Assembly (NCBI GenBank): GCA_032250835.1
Contig: JAVVEA010000020.1
Location: forward strand, 1-63,315
Source of the DNA: a bacterium
GTDB lineage: Bacteria; SAR324; XYD2-FULL-50-16
DNA: 63,315 nt
Direction of reading: 5' to 3'
Shown: one piece after another, positions 18,303 through 30,810 of the stretch
Layout: every line of letters begins with the position of its first letter
How positions within the stretch are numbered: the stretch's first letter is position 1
Notes under the pieces: model-generated
What the model was told of the DNA's origin: nothing
Seen by the model: only the letters and a program-made list of their open reading frames with translations
Databases searched by the model: none
Position numbers and translations under genes: made by a program

Positions 18303-19193
18303 CTAGTTATCTGCCAGCAGGGCGGCACCAAAGACGCCGCTGCTGTCGCCAAGTTGGTTTTTTAAGATCGGCGTGGTGAGCTCGTCGTTAAAAATATGGC
18401 TTCGGATTTGTGCTACCCCTTGGTCATAAAGGATCGGTAGGTTCGAAGCCCCGCCGCCGATAACCACCACGTCCGGGTCGAAACAGGTGATCAAGTTACC
18501 GAGTCCTAAACCAAAATGGAAGAGCAAGGTGTTGATGCATTCTTGGGCGGCCCCTTCGCCTGCCTCAAAGTCGGCGTAGATTTGGGCCAGTTTTTTGGTT
18601 TGGCCCGTTAGTTCCTTATAGTGCCGCTCGGCTCCGCTACCGGAGATGTACATCTCCAAACAGCCCTTGTTACCGCACCAGCACTCTGGCCCGTTGTAGT
18701 TGATGGTGCTGTGGCCGAATTCGGCCGCGATGCCCATAGAGCCGCTCCAAATACGGCCGTTTTCCACCAGACCGCCGCCCATACCGGTGCCCATGATGAT
18801 GCCCATCACCCGGCCATAGCCTTTTCCGGCCCCGAAGAGTGCCTCGGAAAGGGCAAAACAGTTGGCGTCGTTTTCCACATACACCGGTTGGCCAATGGCT
18901 TTTTCTAAGTCCGCTTTAAAGGGTTGGCCGATCAAACATTGGGTGTTGGCGTTGCGGACCAAGCCGGTCTTGTGGTTGAGGGTGCCGGGGATGCCGATGC
19001 CAATGGCTGGGGGTTCGTCGCAGACTTTTAAAAAATCTTTGACCAGCCCGGCAATCTGCTCCACAATGAACCCGTATCCCTTTTCTTGCCCCGTGGGGAC
19101 GCGCTTGCGCTCGATCACCTCTAAAGGGTTTTGTTCGGACAAGAGCACTTCCGTTTTGGTGCCGCCTAAGTCGATGCCAATTCGCCGCTTCAT
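18303..19193 (-). CDS. ROK-family sugar kinase
   Basis: GIDLGGTK, ENDANCFALSE, GTGMGGG, EFGH, CWCGNKGCLE zinc motif. Confidence 0.93.
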   Translation of the reverse strand: MKRRIGIDLGGTKTEVLLSEQNPLEVIERKRVPTGQEKGYGFIVEQIAGLVKDFLKVCDEPPAIGIGIPGTLNHKTGLVRNANTQCLIGQPFKADLEKAIGQPVYVENDANCFALSEALFGAGKGYGRVMGIIMGTGMGGGLVENGRIWSGSMGIAAEFGHSTINYNGPECWCGNKGCLEMYISGSGAERHYKELTGQTKKLAQIYADFEAGEGAAQECINTLLFHFGLGLGNLITCFDPDVVVIGGGASNLPILYDQGVAQIRSHIFNDELTTPILKNQLGDSSGVFGAALLADN

Positions 19194-19263
19194 GGGTTTC
19201 CTAGGAATAGGGTTTGGCTTTAGCCTACCCTATGGCGACGGGGCTATCAAGTCGAAGCTCTAG

Positions 19264-19306
19264 TTTGACAAAATAGACAATTGTCGGTTTTGTTCTTATT
19301 GTCAAA
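19264..19306. promoter_or_regulatory. Candidate upstream activator (enhancer) site
   Basis: TTTGACAA...TTGTCAAA inverted repeat enclosing the palindrome GACAATTGTC, about 60-100 nt upstream of the sigma-54 promoter. Confidence 0.4.
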
Positions 19307-19368
19307 AAACACGAAAAAATCGGGCTGCTGCAAGGGCTAATCACCTGAAACTAAAGTCACGAATCGGG

Positions 19369-19384
19369 TGGCATTGGCCTTGCA
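19369..19384 (+). promoter_or_regulatory. Sigma-54 (-24/-12) promoter of the GSIII operon
   Basis: TGGCATTGGCCTTGCA, exact GG-N10-GC spacing, upstream of nitrogen-assimilation genes. Confidence 0.8.
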
Positions 19385-19463
19385 CTTTGAAGAAGCAAAC
19401 CGGAAACTGTTCCGGAGCAACTTACCACAACCGTTAACCTATTATTAAGTTTACAGGAGTCAC

Positions 19464-22048
<2,585 letters not shown>

Positions 22049-22072
22049 AAAACCCTTAAGACCTTTTCAGCC

Positions 22073-23362
22073 ATGCCCAACTTGAAAACCCTCTCCTACC
22101 TGGGGATTGGTCTGCTCGCTCCCCAGGTTGCCTTCGCGCAAGGCATTGACACTGCCGACACCGCTTGGATGTTGATTTCCACGGCGTTGGTCATGTTCAT
22201 GGTCCCCGGTTTAGCGCTCTTTTACGGTGGTCTGGTCCGTTCGGCCAACGTCCTTTCGGTAGTGATGCATTCCCTGTTTGCTATGGGCGTGATGACCATC
22301 CAATGGGTGGTGATTGGCTACAGCTTAGCTTGGGGCCCCGACATCGGAGGCTTCATTGGTGGATTGGATTATTTTATGCTGCGCGGCGTCGGTCAAGAGG
22401 CCAACGGCACCATCCCCCACGTTTTATTTATGATGTTCCAGGGCATGTTCGCCATCATCACCCCGGCGATTATCGGTGGTGCGGTGGTCGAGCGGATCAA
22501 GTTTTCCACCTTCGCCGTCTTTATGGTGCTGTGGGGGACCTTGGTTTATGACCCCTTGTGCCATATGGTCTGGCACGCTGACGGGTACCTACTCAACCGG
22601 GGCGGACTTGACTTTGCCGGCGGGACGGTGGTGCATATCAGCTCCGGTATTTCGGCGCTCGTCTTGGCGGTCTTAGTGGGCAAACGTAAGGGTTATGGCC
22701 GCATCCCCATGCCGCCCCACAACTTAGTTTTTACCTTAATCGGTGGGGCTATGCTTTGGTTCGGTTGGTTCGGCTTCAACGCAGGCAGTGCGCTAGCCTC
22801 AGGTGGCTTGGCGGCTAACGCTTTGGTGGTCACCCACATCAGCGCCTGTGCCGGGCTCTTCAGTTGGACCCTGGCCGAGTGGGTGTTTTTAAAGAAGCCT
22901 TCGATCTTAGGGGCCCTTTCGGGTATGCTCGCCGGTTTAGTGGCCATCACCCCCGGCGCGGGCTTTGTTAGCCCCACCTCTAGCCTAGTGATCGGCCTGA
23001 TCGGGGGTCTGGTTTGTTACTTCGGGGTGCGGATCAAGGGCCGCTTTGGTTTTGACGATAGCCTGGACGCCTTTGGGGTGCACGGCATCGGCGGTATCTT
23101 CGGCGCTTTGGCGACGGGCCTCTTTGCTAGTGTTTTAGTTAACTCTGGTGGGGCCGATGGGGTTTTCTCCAACCTCTCGACCGGTTGGCACCTCTTCGGT
23201 GAACAGGCCTTCGCGGTGGCGGTGACCATTGTCTATTCCGTGGTGATGACCCTAATCATTGCCAAGGTCTTAGACAAAACCATGGGTCTACGGGTCACGG
23301 ATGACGAAGAAACCCAAGGTTTGGACAGCCAACTACACGGCGAAACGGCCTACCAAAACTAG
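22073..23362 (+). CDS. amtB: Ammonium transporter
   Basis: DTAWML, FQGMFA, DFAGGTVVH, WFGWFGFNAGS, DDSLDAFGVHG, GLD..LHGE.AY. Confidence 0.97.
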   Translation: MPNLKTLSYLGIGLLAPQVAFAQGIDTADTAWMLISTALVMFMVPGLALFYGGLVRSANVLSVVMHSLFAMGVMTIQWVVIGYSLAWGPDIGGFIGGLDYFMLRGVGQEANGTIPHVLFMMFQGMFAIITPAIIGGAVVERIKFSTFAVFMVLWGTLVYDPLCHMVWHADGYLLNRGGLDFAGGTVVHISSGISALVLAVLVGKRKGYGRIPMPPHNLVFTLIGGAMLWFGWFGFNAGSALASGGLAANALVVTHISACAGLFSWTLAEWVFLKKPSILGALSGMLAGLVAITPGAGFVSPTSSLVIGLIGGLVCYFGVRIKGRFGFDDSLDAFGVHGIGGIFGALATGLFASVLVNSGGADGVFSNLSTGWHLFGEQAFAVAVTIVYSVVMTLIIAKVLDKTMGLRVTDDEETQGLDSQLHGETAYQN

Positions 23363-23366
23363 GTTT

Positions 23367-23394
23367 CCTGGGCCCCCCGCACGGGGGGCTTGGG
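23367..23394 (+). terminator. Hairpin after amtB, possible terminator
   Basis: GGCCCCCC-GCAC-GGGGGGCT stem directly after the stop; poor U tract. Confidence 0.4.
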
Positions 23395-23469
23395 GTATCC
23401 TGCTCGGTGAAGTACTTGTCGGGCGCTCCTTTTTGAGTTACAACAAGCCAAAACCTAGAGGCTTTGGCG

Positions 23470-24006
23470 ATGTTGCTCAAACAATACACCCCCCAAATGC
23501 GGCAGTTTTTTGAAAGCCGCACCCGGCTGCATATCCGGCGAGTCCACCTAGCTCTGGTGACGCTCGAAGGGTTTCGTGGTTTGGAACATGCCGCGCTACA
23601 CCGCCGGGGCTTTGACCACGATGCCTCAAAATTCGAGCCCGAAGAGCAAGACGCCTATATCTGGCTGACCGAACACCACCGCCAACGTGGCCAAGGAAAC
23701 CCCTACCTTTACCCCTCGGGGATCGAGCCTCAGGTCCAAGAAGCGATCTTGCACCATTATTCGGTCAACGACCACCATCCCGAATTTTATGCCCACCCCC
23801 AAGAGATGCCCGAATTGGCGCTGGTGGAAATGGTTTGCGATTGGACCGCCATGGCCCAAGAGGTCAACCGGACCAACTCGGCCCGAGTCTGGGCTGAGGC
23901 CCATGTTGGCTCTACTTGGGACTTTAGTAGCAGCCAATCGGACCTGATCTTCGAAGCCATCGGCCTCTTGGAAACCCGCCTGGGCGACCGACTACCTAAA
24001 CTGTAA
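23470..24006 (+). CDS. DUF5662-like HD-type metal-binding protein
   Basis: H..RV, HDASKF, HHYSVNDHHPE, EMVCDW motifs. Confidence 0.7.
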   Translation: MLLKQYTPQMRQFFESRTRLHIRRVHLALVTLEGFRGLEHAALHRRGFDHDASKFEPEEQDAYIWLTEHHRQRGQGNPYLYPSGIEPQVQEAILHHYSVNDHHPEFYAHPQEMPELALVEMVCDWTAMAQEVNRTNSARVWAEAHVGSTWDFSSSQSDLIFEAIGLLETRLGDRLPKL

Positions 24007-24011
24007 AACCC

Positions 24012-25544
24012 ATGTCCCTACCGCCCAAGTCTTCGTTAGGGATCGGATCGGTGTGGATCATGGCGGCGTTCTTTGGCTTACTGGTGGCGGCCCAGGCGCA
24101 AAATCCCCTGGTCGGGCATTCGGCCCTGCGCTCCCAGTTGGGACCTGACTGGTTTGATGTTGAAGCGAGTCTGGTCTGGGCTTTGGGCCATTTTTTAGGC
24201 CCGCAGCCGGTCTGGATTTACCTAACCCAGGCGGCTTTGCGGTTGGTTAGCCTGGGGCTGTTGTTGGCTCTGTTAGGCTTCCACCGGGGCATTAGCCGCG
24301 ATCAGCCGGGCCTGCGTTGGTTGCTGTCTGGGCTATATTTGCTGGCTCCCTTGACCCTTCAAGGTTCCTTCGCACTCAGCGCCCACGGGCATTTAAGCAC
24401 CCCCTTGTTGCTCGCTCATTACCTGGCTTTGTGGTTCTTTGACCGCAAGGGAGGCCCCCTGGCCATGGTCTTGGTTTTTGTGTCATCCTTGGCCTGTCTT
24501 TGGGTGGACCTACCGGTCACCTTGATCCTTTGGGCGGCACTGTTGGGGGCCCAGTTGGTCTCTGGGGTACCTTCTCGGTTGGTGGGGGCCTATGGGGCTT
24601 TGGCGGTAGCGCTGATCTTGGTGGTAGGGGCCCAGCACAGCTTTGGCGGGCCCAACCAGTTGCTCCAGTCTTTGGCGTTGGGGCAAAATCCGCTCACTCC
24701 TTGGGAGTCCATCGGGGCGCTGGTTTTTTGGCTCACTCCCCTGTTGCCGCTGGTCTTGCTGTTGCTTTTTATCAAAGGGCTGGACCCAAATGGGCGTGCG
24801 AGCCGGGCCTATTGGGCTCCCTTGCTTTTTGTTTTAGGCTTGTGTTGTACCGCTCCTTGGCTGAACACAGGAGAGATCCCGCTGCGGTTGATGCCCCTTT
24901 GGCCTTTTTTGCTGCTGTTGTTAGGGCTTTTGCTGGCTGGGCGCGGACGCCACGTTGAAGGTTGGGAGTTTTTTTTGTGGTGGATCGCCCTGGGGGTCTT
25001 CTTTCTGCTCCAACGCGACCCCTTGCGGCCTTTTTCAGTCTGGTTACGCTCAGGTAATCTGGAAGCCTTAGCCTTTGCTCTATTGCCCGCTTTGGGGGCC
25101 GCCGTGGTTTTCTGGCTGGGATATTACGGGGCCCTGCGCGGGCGGGGCGAGGTGGGGGCCGAACGGCTGGTGCGGGTCTTGGCGTTGGTTGCCTTAGCTT
25201 GGCTCTTCGCGGCCCCCTGGCGGGTCTGGGCACCTTACAACCGGGTAGACGATTATGGCCTTAAAGGGCACCGGCGGGCGGTATTGCAGGCCCAGCGAAA
25301 CCTGCCGCCGGACCGCAAAATGCTTTTTCCGGGGGCCGGGGCTAGGTTGGGCGTAGAGGGGGTCAACGGGCATTGCGCCGCGCCTGAGTCCTTCGATTAC
25401 CTACTGCTCGCCTCGCCGCTGCTGGACTGGGGCGGTTATTGTTTTGGGCGGCAAGAGGCATTGCTCGGCTTTGAGCCGGTCAAGAAACTGGGGGATTATT
25501 GGCTGTGGCGTCGTCGGGGGGTACCGGAGGCCTTGCAGGAGTGA
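24012..25544 (+). CDS. Polytopic membrane protein of unknown function
   Basis: 510-aa ORF with about 12 hydrophobic segments and a soluble C-terminal part; no recognisable motif. Confidence 0.6.
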   Translation: MSLPPKSSLGIGSVWIMAAFFGLLVAAQAQNPLVGHSALRSQLGPDWFDVEASLVWALGHFLGPQPVWIYLTQAALRLVSLGLLLALLGFHRGISRDQPGLRWLLSGLYLLAPLTLQGSFALSAHGHLSTPLLLAHYLALWFFDRKGGPLAMVLVFVSSLACLWVDLPVTLILWAALLGAQLVSGVPSRLVGAYGALAVALILVVGAQHSFGGPNQLLQSLALGQNPLTPWESIGALVFWLTPLLPLVLLLLFIKGLDPNGRASRAYWAPLLFVLGLCCTAPWLNTGEIPLRLMPLWPFLLLLLGLLLAGRGRHVEGWEFFLWWIALGVFFLLQRDPLRPFSVWLRSGNLEALAFALLPALGAAVVFWLGYYGALRGRGEVGAERLVRVLALVALAWLFAAPWRVWAPYNRVDDYGLKGHRRAVLQAQRNLPPDRKMLFPGAGARLGVEGVNGHCAAPESFDYLLLASPLLDWGGYCFGRQEALLGFEPVKKLGDYWLWRRRGVPEALQE

Positions 25545-26967
25545 GCTGTTTAAAGGCCAACAAACCCGCCAACAGTTGGGCCACCAACAATAAACCGGGG
25601 CCGAACCGGTAATAGGGCGACTGGCTGTCCTGACCAATTACTAACGCTTTGCCGCCCATCGCTTCGGGCTTCCACTGGCCCAAGTCCTGCCCTTTGAGCC
25701 GCGCCATCACCGGGCCGCTAAGCCCGCCATTGACCACCTGGACCACCGGTTTGTCGGTTTGGGCCGCATAGGCTCGGCCTAAGTTGTGTAACAGTTCCCG
25801 GCCCAAGGGACCGAATAAAAACCAGCGGGACAAAAATACGTAGCCCTGGGCTTGCTCTTCTCGGCTGCGGTACCAGGGTTCAATAAACTGCTCAGAACAA
25901 AGGCCCGGAGCCAAGCTCAGGCCGTTGACCTTAAACCAAACCGGCGAGCCTGACCGGTAGGTAAACTGGCGGGGGATTATCGTGAATCCGCCCAATGCGG
26001 TTTCCACTCCAGGAACCAAATATTCTTTGGCGACAAATTGGGGCGAAAATTCCCCGGCGGACAGTAAATAGGCGGCGTTGGCGTAGTTTAGGTGGTCCCC
26101 GGCCAATTCAGCCCGGTTGACCCCGAAAAGCAGGGACTGCCCTGGATTCAGTTTTGATTGCAGCTGCTCTAAAGCCCTGCCTTCGGCGGCATTGCCCGGC
26201 AGCGCCGACTCGGGCCAGAGGATCAGCGGAACCTCGGGAAATTGGGCATTGCGGACCAACATTTCGGCCAGGGCCCGCTGGCGGGGGGGATCGGTCCCGA
26301 CAATCCCGCGCCAAGGCAAGTAGGCCACCTCAAAGGAAGGTCCCTGGGCTGGTGGCGGGGGCCATAGCCACCCACTCAAGAAGACCAGCAGTAGCGGCAA
26401 CAGCGCCCAGGGGGCCCATAAAGCCCGGCGGTGGTGCCAGGCCCAGGCCAGCAACAGACCCGACCAAAGCAAGGCCAGCTCCATGCCTTTGACCCCCCAA
26501 ATCCGGTAAGCCGGGCCCCAGAGGTCCACCACCGGGCTTAATGCGGCGGGGCTGCTGGCCACCAAGCCGCTGAGTGGGAAGTAGTCGCGGAGGTAGAGGT
26601 GGAGGCCGTAGACTAACGGAAAACCCCAAAAGAAAAGGGCTGAGGCCTCTTTAACTCGGCGGCGCGCCCACCGCGCAAGGACCCAGAGCAGGGCCACCAA
26701 AGGCAGACTAAGGACCCAACCACCAAAGCTCAGCAACAGCCAATCAAGCGGCCAAGGGCGGCCACTGGCCGGTTGCAATGCGCTGATAAGCCAAACAAAT
26801 TGTCCTTGGGCTAAGCCGAAGCCAAAGGCCAACAGGCGGCTCAGTTTCGGTGGGCAGGTAAAGGCGCGCGCAAAGGCCAAGGGCCACAACAACCCAGCCC
26901 AGGCCCAAAGACCCGGCCAGCCCAAAACGCCCAGGGCCAACCCAGTGGCCAATGCCCAAAACATCAT
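25480..26967 (-). CDS. lnt: Apolipoprotein N-acyltransferase (divergent)
   Basis: N-terminal TM region, nitrilase triad WPESA / KEYLVPG / LCSE; downstream of a corC-like gene as in many genomes. Confidence 0.8.
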   Translation of the reverse strand: MMFWALATGLALGVLGWPGLWAWAGLLWPLAFARAFTCPPKLSRLLAFGFGLAQGQFVWLISALQPASGRPWPLDWLLLSFGGWVLSLPLVALLWVLARWARRRVKEASALFFWGFPLVYGLHLYLRDYFPLSGLVASSPAALSPVVDLWGPAYRIWGVKGMELALLWSGLLLAWAWHHRRALWAPWALLPLLLVFLSGWLWPPPPAQGPSFEVAYLPWRGIVGTDPPRQRALAEMLVRNAQFPEVPLILWPESALPGNAAEGRALEQLQSKLNPGQSLLFGVNRAELAGDHLNYANAAYLLSAGEFSPQFVAKEYLVPGVETALGGFTIIPRQFTYRSGSPVWFKVNGLSLAPGLCSEQFIEPWYRSREEQAQGYVFLSRWFLFGPLGRELLHNLGRAYAAQTDKPVVQVVNGGLSGPVMARLKGQDLGQWKPEAMGGKALVIGQDSQSPYYRFGPGLLLVAQLLAGLLAFKQLTPARPPVPPDDATANNPPVS

Positions 26968-27761
26968 GAATTGGGCGGTGCGGTGATCTTGAGTTTGTGG
27001 ATGCTGCGGTCCGTGGATTCCTCGACGGTGAACTGGATTTCTAACAGTTTAAACTGTTCTCCGCGGCTGGGGATCTTGCCTAAGGTGTGGCAGGCATATC
27101 CGCCGATGGTTTCGACCCCATCTTTGTGGAAATCGGTGCCGTACAATTCATTGAATTCGTCCAGCGCGTAGGTCGCGTCCATCTCGATCAATCCGTCTTC
27201 TACATGTTCCCAGGTGGGGTCACTGTGGCGGTTGGATTCGTCGGGGATGTCACCTACCAGTTCTTCGATGATGTCGGTGACGGTGATCATGCCGTCTACG
27301 CCGCCATATTCATCGATCACGATGGCCATATGGTTGTTGGCCTTCTTAAACTCGGTCAGTAGCTGGTGGATGGGCTTGGAGTAAGAAACAAACAGGGGCT
27401 TGCGCATGATCTCTTGGACCTTGACCTGATGGCGCTGTTCCACATAAGGGAAGAGGTCAATGGCCGACAATACGCCCACAATGTTGTCTCTTTTTTGGTC
27501 TTGAACGGGTATGCGTGAAAAGCCGCTCTTGTGGAAGACTTCCATGGCTTCAGCGACGGTTTTATCTCGCTCAAGCGTGCACATCTGGGTGCGCGGGGTC
27601 ATCACTTCGGAGGTGGTGGTTTGGAAGTACTCTTCCAAATTCTTGAGGAGGTCGACTTCCTCGGCTGTCGGTGGGGGTTCCTTTTCTGCTTCCTCGTCCC
27701 GGAAGGGATTAATCGAGCGCCTGAAGAGATGGAACAGCGACAGCTGGCCAGGCTCGTCCAA
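26964..27761 (-). CDS. corC: CBS-domain CorC/HlyC family protein
   Basis: EVMTPR, SGFSRIPV, HMAIVIDEYGGVDG, ETIGG CorC_HlyC domain. Confidence 0.85.
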   Translation of the reverse strand: MDEPGQLSLFHLFRRSINPFRDEEAEKEPPPTAEEVDLLKNLEEYFQTTTSEVMTPRTQMCTLERDKTVAEAMEVFHKSGFSRIPVQDQKRDNIVGVLSAIDLFPYVEQRHQVKVQEIMRKPLFVSYSKPIHQLLTEFKKANNHMAIVIDEYGGVDGMITVTDIIEELVGDIPDESNRHSDPTWEHVEDGLIEMDATYALDEFNELYGTDFHKDGVETIGGYACHTLGKIPSRGEQFKLLEIQFTVEESTDRSIHKLKITAPPNS

Positions 27762-27962
27762 AAAAACTCCCTAAGGTGTTATAAATTAGGGTTCTACAAG
27801 AACCATTCGTCTCAACGGCAGTATATCGGAAAGGGAGGCAACAAAACAAGGGAAAAGCACTCCTTTCAAGTCTGGCGCGGCTTGGTTCAATCTCCTTGCC
27901 GCTCTACGGAGTAAGTGGTACTTTGACGCTGGAGGGCTGATAAGACTAAGGAGGCATTTTTC

Positions 27963-28775
27963 ATGAAAGAAATCGACAGCGCCGCCCGTTGGATCGATCA
28001 CGCTTCTGGCTTGGTCGTCTTGAGCGGTGCAGGCATGGGCGTTGATTCGGGGCTTCCTGATTTTCGGGGTGACCGGGGCTTTTGGAAGGCCTACCCTATG
28101 TATGAACGACTGGGTCTTTCTTTTGTCGAAGCAGCCAACCCCGAGCACTTCGAAGGGGACCCCCATTTTGGCTGGGGCTTTTATGGCCACCGGCTCAACC
28201 TGTACCGCAAAACCACGCCCCACCAAGGCTATAGCGTCTTAAAAAAATGGGCGGAGCAGCGGGGGAAAGCGCTGTTTTTTGTGACCAGCAACGTGGACGG
28301 GCATTTTCAAAAGGCTGGGTTTGATCCCGCCCAGGTCTATGAGGTCCATGGCTCGATCCACCAACTCCAATGCTGCCGCCCCTGTAGCTCAAAGATTTGG
28401 GATAATCAGGCAGAAGTAGCGGTGGAAGAGTCCACCATGCGCTCGACCCAGGTGCCGCGCTGCCCCGAATGTGACCATGTGGCTCGGCCCAATATCTTGA
28501 TGTTCGGGGATTTTGCCTGGATTTCTGGGCGCTCTGAAAGCCAAGCCCAACAATTTGAGGCCTTTTGCCAAAGAATTGGGCACCAGAACTTGGTGGCGCT
28601 GGAAATCGGGGCTGGGTTGGCGGTCCCCACCATCCGCATGATGACCGAGCGGTTAGCCCGGTTGGGCACCAAATCGATCCGCATCAACCCCAACGACCCG
28701 GCGATCACCTCGCCCAATATTTCGATCCGGCTGGGCGGGAAAGACGCCTTACTGCGTCTCGATCAGGCCCTGTAG
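27963..28775 (+). CDS. Sir2-family NAD-dependent deacylase
   Basis: GAGMGVDSGLPDFRG, TSNVDGHF, HGS, CxxxC and CxxC zinc ligands, RPNILMFGD. Confidence 0.9.
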   Translation: MKEIDSAARWIDHASGLVVLSGAGMGVDSGLPDFRGDRGFWKAYPMYERLGLSFVEAANPEHFEGDPHFGWGFYGHRLNLYRKTTPHQGYSVLKKWAEQRGKALFFVTSNVDGHFQKAGFDPAQVYEVHGSIHQLQCCRPCSSKIWDNQAEVAVEESTMRSTQVPRCPECDHVARPNILMFGDFAWISGRSESQAQQFEAFCQRIGHQNLVALEIGAGLAVPTIRMMTERLARLGTKSIRINPNDPAITSPNISIRLGGKDALLRLDQAL

Positions 28776-28779
28776 CTTT

Positions 28780-29325
28780 ATGTCGCCGATCCAAATCCAA
28801 CTGATGGCTTTAGCCCAGCAATTGGCCAAGCTGCTTAAAGTGATCCAGCATTCTGACCCTTCGGCAGCGGCGATGAAAAAACCGCTGTATGAAAAATACA
28901 AAGCGGCGCTCGAAGAGTTGCACGATGAATGGGAGGGGCAACTCTATTGGCCCGAATTAAAACGGCGGTTAGACGAATTGCCCCAGCTCCCTGGCTGGAA
29001 CCTAGAAGAGCAAACGGGCGGAGTGGTTTTAGATAAACTACGCCGCGATCTTGAAGACCGGATGGTGCCTAAACAACAACTATCCGAATTGGAGCCCGGC
29101 CCCAAGCCGGTCGGCCCGCCGCGCCGTAGGCCCCCAAAGAAGAGGCCCGCCCCGGCGGCGGACCCCGAATTTTTGCTCAAGCTGGCCCAGATGGATTCGC
29201 GCCAAGCCGAGGCGAGCCGAAGCCTACAGGGGCTAATCGATGTAATCAACCGTTTGGACCCTGAATTTTTAGAAAAAAAGATCTTATCTTCGGTACCCAA
29301 AGACCTGGACCCCAAAGAACCTTAA
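28780..29325 (+). CDS. Hypothetical helical protein
   Basis: Tightly packed between the sirtuin and glgA; coiled/helical composition. Confidence 0.6.
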   Translation: MSPIQIQLMALAQQLAKLLKVIQHSDPSAAAMKKPLYEKYKAALEELHDEWEGQLYWPELKRRLDELPQLPGWNLEEQTGGVVLDKLRRDLEDRMVPKQQLSELEPGPKPVGPPRRRPPKKRPAPAADPEFLLKLAQMDSRQAEASRSLQGLIDVINRLDPEFLEKKILSSVPKDLDPKEP

Positions 29326-29338
29326 CCCATAACTTTTG

Positions 29339-30796
29339 ATGAAGATATTGATGGTCGCCTCTGAGGCGGTTCCTTTCATAAAAACCGGCGGTCTCGGCGA
29401 CGTCGCCGGGACCTTGGCTTTAGAACTGCACCGCGCCGGGCACGAAGTGGCCCTAGTACTGCCTCGGCACTACATCATCGACCCTCAGGGGTTAAAAGAA
29501 AAGTTCAGCCCCTTCTTCGTCAATATGGGGAACACCACCATGTTCGCACGGGTGATGGAAACGGACATCGAGGGCATGCCCGTTTACCTGATCGACTACG
29601 AAGACTATTTTGGCCGCCATCCCATCTATGACGACGGAGAGGAAGGCTACCCAGACAACGCCGCCCGCTTTGCCTTCTTTTCCAAGGCGGCTTTGGACCT
29701 CGCCGTTGCCTTGGACTTTAAGCCCGACGTGGTCCATTGCTCTGACTGGCAGACGGCACTGGTGCCCTATTACGTAAAAGCTTGGGGCTGGCCGGGCGAC
29801 TTTTTTAAAGGCACCGCCAGCGTCCTGACGATCCACAATATCGGTTATCAAGGGATCCACAGTGATTTATCGCTGGCCCGCTTTATTGGGCTCAATTGGA
29901 TGCAATTGCGGCCCGACGAGTTTGAGTCTTTCGGCGGCGTCAACCTGCTCAAAGGTGGCTTCTTTTATGCCGACCAGATCACCACCGTCAGCCCCACCTA
30001 TGCCCAAGAAATCTTGACCGAGCCCGGCGGCAACGGCCTGAGCCCCTATTTGCTGCGCCGCAAAGAAGACGTGTCGGGGATCTTAAACGGCATCGATACC
30101 GACGAATGGAACCCCGCCAAGGACCGCCACTTACCCGCCAAGTTCAGCGCCAAGGATCTTAAAGGTAAGGCGGCTTGTAAGGCGGAACTACAAAAGGCCA
30201 TGGGCCTAGAGGTCAACCCAGACAAGCCGGTCTTCGGTTTGGTTGGGCGGTTAGCGGAACAAAAGGGCTTGGACCTTTTGCAGAAGTCGATCCACGAGAT
30301 ACTGGGCTGGGATCTTCAGATTGCCCTTTTGGGTAGCGGCATGCCGGAACTTGAGGGCTTCTTTGGCTGGTTACCGGGCCTGTATCCGGGCAAGATGGGG
30401 AGTTATATTGGCTTCCAAAACCGGCTGGCCCACTTGATCGAGGCGGGTTCAGATTTCTTTATTATGCCTAGCCGTTACGAGCCCTGCGGTTTGAACCAGA
30501 TGTACAGTATGGCCTACGGCACCCTGCCCATCGTGCGGGCTACCGGTGGCTTGGTGGACACGGTACAAAACTATGACCCCAAAGCGGGCACCGGCACGGG
30601 CTTTGTTTTTGAAGACATCGACGCCGGAGCGCTGCGCGATACTATCGGCTGGGCTCTTTACACTTGGTACAACGACAAGAAGGGATACCTGGGGATGCAG
30701 CAAAGGGCCATGAAAAAGGACTTTAGCTGGAAGCAGGCCGTCAAAGGTTATGAAACGGTCTACAAGAAAGCACTGGGACGCCGGGCGGGCTGGTAG
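29339..30796 (+). CDS. glgA: Glycogen synthase
   Basis: KTGGLGDV, HCSDWQ, TIHNIGYQG, RLAEQKG, PSRYEPCGLNQ, TGGLVDTV. Confidence 0.96.
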   Translation: MKILMVASEAVPFIKTGGLGDVAGTLALELHRAGHEVALVLPRHYIIDPQGLKEKFSPFFVNMGNTTMFARVMETDIEGMPVYLIDYEDYFGRHPIYDDGEEGYPDNAARFAFFSKAALDLAVALDFKPDVVHCSDWQTALVPYYVKAWGWPGDFFKGTASVLTIHNIGYQGIHSDLSLARFIGLNWMQLRPDEFESFGGVNLLKGGFFYADQITTVSPTYAQEILTEPGGNGLSPYLLRRKEDVSGILNGIDTDEWNPAKDRHLPAKFSAKDLKGKAACKAELQKAMGLEVNPDKPVFGLVGRLAEQKGLDLLQKSIHEILGWDLQIALLGSGMPELEGFFGWLPGLYPGKMGSYIGFQNRLAHLIEAGSDFFIMPSRYEPCGLNQMYSMAYGTLPIVRATGGLVDTVQNYDPKAGTGTGFVFEDIDAGALRDTIGWALYTWYNDKKGYLGMQQRAMKKDFSWKQAVKGYETVYKKALGRRAGW

Positions 30797-30810
30797 GTCG
30801 GTAGCTTACC

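Noticed and set aside
27963-28775. Sir2 protein as anti-phage NADase (Thoeris/DSR type)
   Set aside because: Has the zinc-binding module and size of a stand-alone sirtuin deacylase and sits among housekeeping genes.
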